From contig NZ_CP013213.1 of assembly GCF_001545095.1 (NCBI RefSeq), forward strand, positions 1-32,000: a stretch of 32,000 nt of DNA. Direction: 5' to 3'. A model generated the notes under the pieces. That model had not been told where the DNA came from, did no database searches, and was given only the letters and a program-made list of their open reading frames with translations. The translations under genes were made by a program, and so were the position numbers. The DNA is from Erysipelothrix larvae. Lineage in GTDB: Bacteria; Bacillota_I; Bacilli_A; Erysipelotrichales; Erysipelotrichaceae. Numbering within the stretch: the first letter of the stretch is position 1; the number at the start of each line of letters is the position of its first letter. Shown piece by piece: positions 12,590 through 19,262 of this stretch.

Positions 12590-12605
12590 GGTTTCACGTG
12601 AAACA
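12590..12605. repeat. Palindrome copy 2 (gGTTTCACGTGAAACA) in the divergent HAD/XRE control region
   Basis: Read directly. The core lies at 12591-12604. The 18 nt GTTTCACGTGAAACAATT are identical to copy 1. Confidence 0.95.
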
Positions 12606-12721
12606 ATTTTTGCAATAATTAAGAGATAAACAAGGAAAGCAACCACCAGTTGACAGATTGAACGTTAATAATGGTGGTTTTAGTGAATTAAAAAAACTAT
12701 AATTGTTGAGAGGTGATTAAG

Positions 12722-13534
12722 ATGAACATAAACAAATTAAGAGAAGAACGAAAAAAGAAAGGATATTCCCAAGAAGAATTTGCAAATCTAATTGGTGTAT
12801 CACGCCAAGCAGTATCAAAATGGGAAAGTGGACAATCATTACCAGAGGTAGACAAATTAATCCTTATATCAAATAAATTAGACGTCAGCATCGATTATTT
12901 GATGGATAATGAGTATATGGAAGAACAGAATGTAAAAGTTAAGTTTGATTATGAAGATTTCCTAAATCAAGAGAAGAAATTCAATACCTATGAGTACAAG
13001 AGTAAAACAGAGTTGTTTGGAATGCCACTTATCCATATTAATTTTTCTAAAGGAAGAATTATGTTTCGAAGAAGTATTATATTAAGAGACTTACAAACAG
13101 CAAAAGGAATTATCGCAATTGGTGATAGAGCAATTGGAATTATGACTGTTGGACTCTTTTCAATAGGCTTTATTTCATTAGGTTTATTTAGCCTTGGGCT
13201 TGTGACACTCGGAGTATTTAGCCTAGGATTGTTGAGTTATGGAATGATTGCCATCGGTTATTCTAGTATAGGAATTATTGCGATTGGTTGGCACGCACTT
13301 GGTGTTGTTGCTTTGGCAAAAGATGTAGCAGTAGGCGTAGTAGCGGTAGCAGATAATGCTATAGGGGTTGCTTCATCGGGGGCCTCACTGGATGTAATGC
13401 TTGGAAAAAATAATGAAATACAAAGTTTGTGTACGATGAACGATGAAGCGATTAAAGGGGTACAAGGATTATTAGTAGACAAAAACTTGCCATTTATGAT
13501 CAAAGTAGTTCTTAAATCAATGTTGAAGTGTTAA
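12722..13534 (+). CDS. XRE (Cro/C1) family HTH protein with a C-terminal hydrophobic glycine-pentad repeat region
   Basis: N-terminal HTH_3 signature (LREERKKKGYSQEEFANLIGVSRQAVSKWESGQSLP). The ATG at 12722 with RBS GAGAGG 9 nt upstream is preferred to the GTG at 12713. The C-terminal half is a run of [A/S/T]-[I/L]-G-x-x units. Confidence 0.85.
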   Translation: MNINKLREERKKKGYSQEEFANLIGVSRQAVSKWESGQSLPEVDKLILISNKLDVSIDYLMDNEYMEEQNVKVKFDYEDFLNQEKKFNTYEYKSKTELFGMPLIHINFSKGRIMFRRSIILRDLQTAKGIIAIGDRAIGIMTVGLFSIGFISLGLFSLGLVTLGVFSLGLLSYGMIAIGYSSIGIIAIGWHALGVVALAKDVAVGVVAVADNAIGVASSGASLDVMLGKNNEIQSLCTMNDEAIKGVQGLLVDKNLPFMIKVVLKSMLKC

Positions 13535-13546
13535 ATCCAAAGAAAA

Positions 13547-13562
13547 TGTTTCACGTGAAACA
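13547..13562. repeat. Palindrome copy 3 (TGTTTCACGTGAAACA), 13 nt downstream of the XRE stop codon
   Basis: Read directly. The core lies at 13548-13561. Confidence 0.95.
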
Positions 13563-13611
13563 CCCTAGTTGAAATTCGAGCAACTATTCAGCTCTTCTAT
13601 AAAATTATGAT

Positions 13612-13640
13612 TTGCATTCATTCAGAATTTTTTGTATAAT
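13612..13640 (+). promoter_or_regulatory. Promoter of the SRP RNA gene
   Basis: TTGCAT (13612-13617), a 17-nt spacer, then TATAAT (13635-13640). The predicted start falls about 7 nt downstream, at the first base of the RNA terminal helix. Confidence 0.6.
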
Positions 13641-13646
13641 AATAAA

Positions 13647-13725
13647 GCTACTACAACGGCATCTTGATAACCAGGTCAGGGTAGGAATACAGCAGCCTTA
13701 CTTAAGCTCTGTCGTGTGTGGTGGC
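13647..13725 (+). ncRNA. ffs: Small (4.5S-type) signal recognition particle RNA, about 79 nt
   Basis: Domain IV signature CCAGGUCAGG-GUA-GGAA-UAC-AGCAGCC, with a GGAA tetraloop closed by GUA/UAC. The 5' GCUACUACAACGGCA pairs with the 3' UGUCGUGUGUGGUGGC (G-U pairs, one bulge). A T9 run follows at 13726-13734. Confidence 0.85.
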
Positions 13726-13747
13726 TTTTTTTTTAGGAGGGTGTAGC

Positions 13748-14635
13748 ATGAATCATGAGACTTATATGAAAGAAGCACTGATTGAAGCAAAAAAGGCTCT
13801 CGAACACAACGATGTTCCAATTGGTGCTGTTGTGGTGAGAGATGAAACAATCATTGCGCGTTCCTACAATAAACGAGAATATCTTAATGATCCAACAGCC
13901 CATGCAGAGGTATTAGCATTGCGTGAAGCAGGAAAAAACCTAAATAATTGGAACTTAAGTGATTGCACACTATATGTTACAATTGAACCATGTCCAATGT
14001 GCGCAGGGGCAACGATACTTTCTAGAATAGGAACTGTTGTTTATGGTGCAAAAGAACCAAAAGGTGGGAGTTTAGGTTCAACATTTAATATGTTGGAAAT
14101 ATCAGGATTTAATCACTATCCAAATCAAATATCAGGAATCTTAGAAGAAGAATGTAGGGGATTAGTTATGGATTTCTTTAAAGAAAAACGAAAAGAACAA
14201 ATAAAAGTTAAACACATACATGATCAGGACTTGTTTGAGAAAGCATTGTCAGTAAGAAAAGAAGTATTCGTAATCGAACAACAGGTAGACGAAACTCTAG
14301 AATACGATGAATACGACGATATTGCACGAGATGATGTAATCCACCTTGCTGCAATCCAAAACGAAAGTGTTTTAGGAACCCTTCGATTAATATCAAAAGG
14401 AAAAACACTAAAAGTAGGGCGTGTTGCGGTACTAAAATCAAGTAGAGGACTCCATATTGGTGCAAAACTGATGGATGCTGCCGATCGATATGCCAGAAAT
14501 AGCGGGTATGACACATTGGAATTGGATGCACAATTATATGCTATTCCATTTTATGAAAAACAAGGGTTCACTACGCATGGAGGTGTTTTCCTCGATGCAA
14601 ATATTGAACATAAAAAGATGACGAAAAAACTGTAA
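13748..14635 (+). CDS. tadA: tRNA adenosine(34) deaminase TadA fused to a C-terminal GNAT (ElaA/YjcF-like) acetyltransferase domain
   Basis: Residues 1 to about 150 carry the CDA zinc motifs HAEVLALREAG and EPCPMCAGA. Residues about 152-295 read VRKEVFVIEQQV...GTLRL...GRVAVLKSSRGLHIGAKLM...FYEKQGF. The start is set at ATG 13748 with RBS AGGAGG, because the ORF-track start at 13718 overlaps the SRP RNA. Confidence 0.9.
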   Translation: MNHETYMKEALIEAKKALEHNDVPIGAVVVRDETIIARSYNKREYLNDPTAHAEVLALREAGKNLNNWNLSDCTLYVTIEPCPMCAGATILSRIGTVVYGAKEPKGGSLGSTFNMLEISGFNHYPNQISGILEEECRGLVMDFFKEKRKEQIKVKHIHDQDLFEKALSVRKEVFVIEQQVDETLEYDEYDDIARDDVIHLAAIQNESVLGTLRLISKGKTLKVGRVAVLKSSRGLHIGAKLMDAADRYARNSGYDTLELDAQLYAIPFYEKQGFTTHGGVFLDANIEHKKMTKKL

Positions 14636-14639
14636 AATA

Positions 14640-14668
14640 AAGGCTTATGATATAGAATCATAAGCCTT
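14640..14668. terminator. Bidirectional terminator between tadA-GNAT and the sortase gene
   Basis: AAGGCTTATGAT (14640-14651) and ATCATAAGCCTT (14657-14668) form a perfect 12-bp stem. The loop is ATAGA, and the stem is flanked by A-rich and T-rich sequence. Confidence 0.85.
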
Positions 14669-14677
14669 TATAATATC

Positions 14678-15283
14678 TTATTCAGAAACTAATCGAGCAC
14701 GAATGACCAAACGATTTGGATCCGTCAAACTCGGGTAAAGACACGTAATTAAAGTGAGTGTTGTTTCGTTCTTAATATCATCTAAAACATAGATATCAGA
14801 CTTATCAACGGTAAATGAATCATACACTTCATAGGTATAAGTTACATTAGATTTATCAGTGAAAGTAATCACATCGCCTTCAACTAGTCGATCTAAATTT
14901 CTAAAGCCGCAGTTTGCACAATTTCCATTGTGTCCAACAATCGTAAAGTTACCTTGTGTTGGAGGTAAAGCTGAATTAGCATAACCAACGAGATATCGAT
15001 ATAGCAAATCAAAGTCTCCATTAACAACAACGGGGTTATCTACCCCAATTTTATCAATTGTTAATATTCCATAAACATCAGCTAGCTGTCCGCTAGAAAA
15101 GTCAGAACCTTCTTCCACACCGCTGCTAACGGAACTTAAGAAATCCTGACGCTCTTGTTGAATCTGTCTTTTCTCTAAATAATTGACTCCAAAATCGTAT
15201 AACATCGCTGATAATCCAACGATTACGAGTAAGAAACCAATCATTCCAACCCAATTAATTTTTCGTTTAACAACAGTTTTCAT
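14678..15283 (-). CDS. Sortase family transpeptidase (N-terminal membrane anchor)
   Basis: N-terminal TM segment (WVGMIGFLLVIVGLSAMLY), catalytic His context TIVGHNG, the TLITC cysteine motif, and the conserved Arg in RLVIRA. Confidence 0.9.
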   Translation of the reverse strand: MKTVVKRKINWVGMIGFLLVIVGLSAMLYDFGVNYLEKRQIQQERQDFLSSVSSGVEEGSDFSSGQLADVYGILTIDKIGVDNPVVVNGDFDLLYRYLVGYANSALPPTQGNFTIVGHNGNCANCGFRNLDRLVEGDVITFTDKSNVTYTYEVYDSFTVDKSDIYVLDDIKNETTLTLITCLYPSLTDPNRLVIRARLVSE

Positions 15284-15344
15284 AGTATCACCGATACTAT
15301 TATATATTACGCGTTTAATAATTACAAATTTTGATGTTAAGTCA

Positions 15345-15353
15345 TGATATAAT
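15345..15353 (+). promoter_or_regulatory. Extended -10 element upstream of dnaX
   Basis: TGaTATAAT lies 22 nt upstream of the dnaX ATG. Confidence 0.4.
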
Positions 15354-15374
15354 TATACAAAAGGCGGTGACAAT

Positions 15375-17231
15375 ATGTCGTATCAATCTCTATATAGAAA
15401 ATACAGACCAAAAACATTTGATCAAGTTGTAGGTCAAGCATCCATCGTCAATGCACTAAAAAACGCAATAACAATGAATCATATATCACATGCATATTTA
15501 TTCACAGGACCAAGAGGAACTGGGAAAACAACAATTGCTAAGTTATTTGCTGCGGCGGTGAATTGTGAGAACTCGAATGAAGTATTTTGTGGGTCTTGTG
15601 AAAATTGTAAAGAAAATAAGGGTGGACAACATCCTGATGTCGTTGAAATCGATGCCGCTAGCAATAATGGTGTTGATGAAATCAGAGCATTGATTGAAAA
15701 AGTAAAATACATGCCAATCCTAGGGAAATATAAAGTATACATCATTGATGAGGTACATATGCTTTCTCAAGGGGCTTTTAATGCGCTATTAAAGACATTG
15801 GAAGAACCCCCTGAACACATTATATTTATACTTGCGACGACAGAAGTTCACAAGGTCATTCCAACAATTATATCGCGTTGTCAACGCTATGACTTTAGAA
15901 ATATCAATAATGAAGATATTGAAAAACAACTAGACTATGTATTAGAAAACGAAGATAGAGTTGCTGAAAAAGGGGTAACACAGCTCATTGCATCCTTATC
16001 AGCTGGGGGAATGCGAAACGCACTTACAATACTTGAACAAGCATTTATTATAAGCCCAGGAACAATCACACTCAATGCACTCTATGAGAACTATGGGTTG
16101 ATATTCCCACATGACAAAATTAAGTTGTTTGATTCAATAAGGAAGGGTCAAGTAGCAGACACACTTGATATTTTATCAAATATTGTAGAAAAGTCAGTAG
16201 ATCTACCAAGGCTATTGATGGACTTCATCACGGGATTAAAAGACAGTATTATTTATACCTATACTAAGAATGATAAGTATATTAATCTCAATGATAAAGA
16301 GCTTATTGAATATTTAGCACGTACTTTTAGTGTTGAAACACGGACCCATATGACGGATGTACTTTTAGAACGCTATGACAAACTAAAAGGATCAGTAAAT
16401 CAAGAGACTCACCTCGAACTTGCAATTTTATCACTGATTGAGACGATTAATGTAAGTCCAGCTAAAGGTGATCGTATCGAAAAAAGGGAAGAAGCAAAAA
16501 TAGAAGTATCTCACAATATTAGAGAAACAGTGAGTAAAGTTCAAGAAACGGTTGTAGAGGTTGTAAAACCAAACCCAACACCACCAATTCAAGACCAAAC
16601 ACTCAATTTAAATTTCGATGAGACTGTTGATGATGATGTTATTGAAGAAACGCAACCAGAACCAATTGTTCAACGTGTTTCCAACACAGTAATTGAAACA
16701 AAAGAAGTTCAACAATCTACGACAATAAGTGAAACTCCAATCAAAAATAAACATGACTTATCGATCGATGAAATCGTGCAATACATGGTAACAGCGGATA
16801 AGGACATTCGAATTAAAGATGCGCCAGGATTTTCTAAGGTAAATGATTATGCATCAGATATGAATTGGGCAAGAGTTTCTAGACTCCTAGATCATACCCA
16901 ATTAGCACTCAGTGGTGAACGATTTATTCTTGTTGTAACACAACGACAAATTCAGTCTAGAGAAATCATGGAAGAAAGAAATCTCTATGAGTTGATGGAT
17001 TTTACACAACAACTTTTTGGAGCAAAAAAACAAGTGTTCGCAACAACGAATGCTGACTTTACAAAAGCGGTGGAACAGTTCAAAATTGCTTCACAACAAA
17101 ATGCATTGCCAGAGCCATTAAGTCATGAAGATTTCATCAGCTTTACGATGGACGAAGTAAGTGAAGAAGCACGTGATGAACAAATGGAAGCTGCATTAGA
17201 TCTTTTTGGGGATCAATTAAGAATAATTTAA
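15375..17231 (+). CDS. dnaX: DNA polymerase III subunit gamma/tau
   Basis: YRKYRP..F..V.GQ, Walker A GPRGTGKTT, a zinc module CGSCENC, DEVHML, and SRCQ sensor motifs. Confidence 0.96.
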   Translation: MSYQSLYRKYRPKTFDQVVGQASIVNALKNAITMNHISHAYLFTGPRGTGKTTIAKLFAAAVNCENSNEVFCGSCENCKENKGGQHPDVVEIDAASNNGVDEIRALIEKVKYMPILGKYKVYIIDEVHMLSQGAFNALLKTLEEPPEHIIFILATTEVHKVIPTIISRCQRYDFRNINNEDIEKQLDYVLENEDRVAEKGVTQLIASLSAGGMRNALTILEQAFIISPGTITLNALYENYGLIFPHDKIKLFDSIRKGQVADTLDILSNIVEKSVDLPRLLMDFITGLKDSIIYTYTKNDKYINLNDKELIEYLARTFSVETRTHMTDVLLERYDKLKGSVNQETHLELAILSLIETINVSPAKGDRIEKREEAKIEVSHNIRETVSKVQETVVEVVKPNPTPPIQDQTLNLNFDETVDDDVIEETQPEPIVQRVSNTVIETKEVQQSTTISETPIKNKHDLSIDEIVQYMVTADKDIRIKDAPGFSKVNDYASDMNWARVSRLLDHTQLALSGERFILVVTQRQIQSREIMEERNLYELMDFTQQLFGAKKQVFATTNADFTKAVEQFKIASQQNALPEPLSHEDFISFTMDEVSEEARDEQMEAALDLFGDQLRII

Positions 17232-17250
17232 AGATAGTGAGGGGATGATT

Positions 17251-17844
17251 ATGTATCCAGATAGTTTAGAAGCACTCATAGAATCACTAATGGTTTTACC
17301 TGGGGTAGGAAGAAAAACAGCAGAACGCTATGCTTTTCATCTAATCGAAGGAGAAAAAGATGCAACCGAGAAAATCATCGCATCGATTGAAACCGTTAAC
17401 CAATCACTTACACAGTGTAAGATATGCTATAATTACGCTGACAAAGAAATCTGTAAGATATGTTCTAATCAAAATAGAAATCACAACATTATTTGTGTAG
17501 TTTCTTCACCAAAAGACGTATTCTCAATCGAAAAAGCAGGACAGTTCAATGGAGTTTATCATGTTTTGAAAGGGTTAATATCAACCCGAAAAGGTGTGAT
17601 GCCTGAAGACTTAACAATCAATGAACTCTTAAAACGCATCGATGAAAATACTGAAGAAGTCATTTTAGCACTCAGTGCGACGGTAGAAGGTGAAACAACC
17701 GCATTATATGTATCAAAGAAACTCGAAAGCATGAATGCTCCAGTTTCTCGACTCGCTTTTGGATTACCTATCGGAGGGCAGTTGGAGTATACTGATGATA
17801 TGACACTGATGAAAGCATTTGAAGGAAGAAAAAGGATGAAGTAA
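17251..17844 (+). CDS. recR: Recombination protein RecR
   Basis: The HhH motif LPGVGRKTAERYAF, a C4 zinc finger (CKIC...CKIC) and a Toprim domain. The ATG at 17251 (MYPDSLEALI) sits 7 nt after GAGGGG and is preferred to 17245. Only 13-19 nt separate it from the dnaX stop. Confidence 0.95.
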   Translation: MYPDSLEALIESLMVLPGVGRKTAERYAFHLIEGEKDATEKIIASIETVNQSLTQCKICYNYADKEICKICSNQNRNHNIICVVSSPKDVFSIEKAGQFNGVYHVLKGLISTRKGVMPEDLTINELLKRIDENTEEVILALSATVEGETTALYVSKKLESMNAPVSRLAFGLPIGGQLEYTDDMTLMKAFEGRKRMK

Positions 17845-18713
17845 TGAGTTCTATCGCTACAATTACAGATCCAAGTATGCTAGAATTTCATCGATTCAGA
17901 GGCAGTGATTCGATGGTTTTTTGGCGTCTTGGTCTCCGAAAATTCTCAAAATTTGATGTTGGGGACCTCGTTTTCTTTATTGATCGTCGCCATAGACATC
18001 CTTATACACAAGAAAAGGGAATTATTGGATTTGGTCGATGTTTCTCAATCAGTAATAAACCACTACATAAAGCATGGCAAATATATGAACAAAAACTAGG
18101 TTATGATAATGAAGACCACTTTCAAGAGGCAATTCGATATTATCGAAAAGATGATGACTTATTACCAAAGAAAATACAATGTATTGAACTGGAACACATC
18201 GTATTACTTCAATATCCAATCTTTTTAAGTGAAGTGGGTTTTGAAATGAGTGAACGCTTAGAATCTTTTACTTATCTTGAAAAAGGTAAGAGAGATATTA
18301 CACCGGATGTACTAAATCTTGCGAAAAATATGGGGATAGATCCTTGGTTTGATATGCAAAATAAAAACATATCTATGGATCGATTTGAAATGTTCTCACA
18401 AGAACAAGCTATCCGAAAGTTGCTCAGTTTCTTACCAAAAATCGTGACCCTTAAAGATGCGAATATTATAAAAAAATACACAACAGGTGTGTATTTTGAA
18501 GGTGTATTTTATAGTTTCGAGTCGAAGAAATTAAGTTTGCTTTATACTAATATCAACGATATCGCAACACTCTATGCAATTTATGGCATACAGACCTATT
18601 TAGAAAGTGTTTTGAGTGATTATCAAATAGAATCAATCCTCTATCTTAAAAATCCAAGCAAAACTATTCAACAGGTGCTTCAGGACTTGAATTTATCGCA
18701 CGTAGAAATTTAG
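17844..18713 (+). CDS. Hypothetical protein (289 aa) translationally coupled to recR
   Basis: It is a long uninterrupted ORF whose ATG shares its A with the recR TAA (TAATG at 17842-17846). I do not recognise a family. Confidence 0.7.
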   Translation: MSSIATITDPSMLEFHRFRGSDSMVFWRLGLRKFSKFDVGDLVFFIDRRHRHPYTQEKGIIGFGRCFSISNKPLHKAWQIYEQKLGYDNEDHFQEAIRYYRKDDDLLPKKIQCIELEHIVLLQYPIFLSEVGFEMSERLESFTYLEKGKRDITPDVLNLAKNMGIDPWFDMQNKNISMDRFEMFSQEQAIRKLLSFLPKIVTLKDANIIKKYTTGVYFEGVFYSFESKKLSLLYTNINDIATLYAIYGIQTYLESVLSDYQIESILYLKNPSKTIQQVLQDLNLSHVEI

Positions 18714-19221
18714 GTGGACTTTCAACATATTCAATATTAAGTTCCGCCAACACACTCAAGAAGTGAGAACGAGCACGATCCTCTTGTTTGTGTAGTTCAT
18801 ATTCCAATTCATAGTCTTTGTGATGTGGAAATTGAGTCACATCCAAACACCATGTTCCGTAAACATCTTTATAAACAAAGCGAACCGTGTTACTAAAGGT
18901 TACTTCTTTCAATTCAGATAATCCTACATGGAAAGGAAGCAGAATATCTTGAGCACGTTTGTTATCCTGTTGTTCCCCAAGCATATAAAATTCGTATTCT
19001 AGGACTCCTTCTTCTTGGGGTTCTTTTAATGTAAAGAGTGTGGTTTCACCCTCTTTTCGGATGCGACACATGACACCTTGGTTTTGAAGGCGTGTATCTT
19101 CAGTATCATAATATGTATTTGATTGCGAGATGGGTCCTTCAAATGGGAAGTGATACATCATCTCTTGATACTCTTCGCGTGTTAGCGCGGTTTTATATTC
19201 TATTTCAAGATGTGTTTTCAT
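18664..19221 (-). CDS. CYTH domain protein (YjbK-like triphosphate tunnel metalloenzyme family)
   Basis: The N-terminal EIEYK motif (ExExK) is typical of CYTH. The length of about 185 aa fits, and so does proximity to nadK as in the B. subtilis yjbK...ppnKA neighbourhood. The start is set at ATG 19221 (MKTHLEIEYK). The ORF-track start at 19245 is a TTG with no RBS. Confidence 0.8.
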   Translation of the reverse strand: MKTHLEIEYKTALTREEYQEMMYHFPFEGPISQSNTYYDTEDTRLQNQGVMCRIRKEGETTLFTLKEPQEEGVLEYEFYMLGEQQDNKRAQDILLPFHVGLSELKEVTFSNTVRFVYKDVYGTWCLDVTQFPHHKDYELEYELHKQEDRARSHFLSVLAELNIEYVESPPKFLRAINSSPEAPVE

Positions 19222-19262
19222 AGAAATATGATACAATAAAATCAACAGAAAAGGAAGAGCGT

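Noticed and set aside
13718-13747. The ORF-track N-terminal extension of tadA (MVAFFLGGCS...)
   Set aside because: It overlaps the 3' helix and T-run of the SRP RNA. AGGAGG precedes the ATG at 13748.
14208-14531. Two overlapping minus-strand ORFs (107 and 96 aa) inside the GNAT half of tadA
   Set aside because: They are antisense to a domain with clear GNAT motifs, and nothing supports independent expression.
14678-15283. Considered the sortase as part of a pilus or surface-protein locus
   Set aside because: No LPXTG-type substrate gene or pilin gene is adjacent. It sits alone between tadA and dnaX, so it is most simply a housekeeping sortase.
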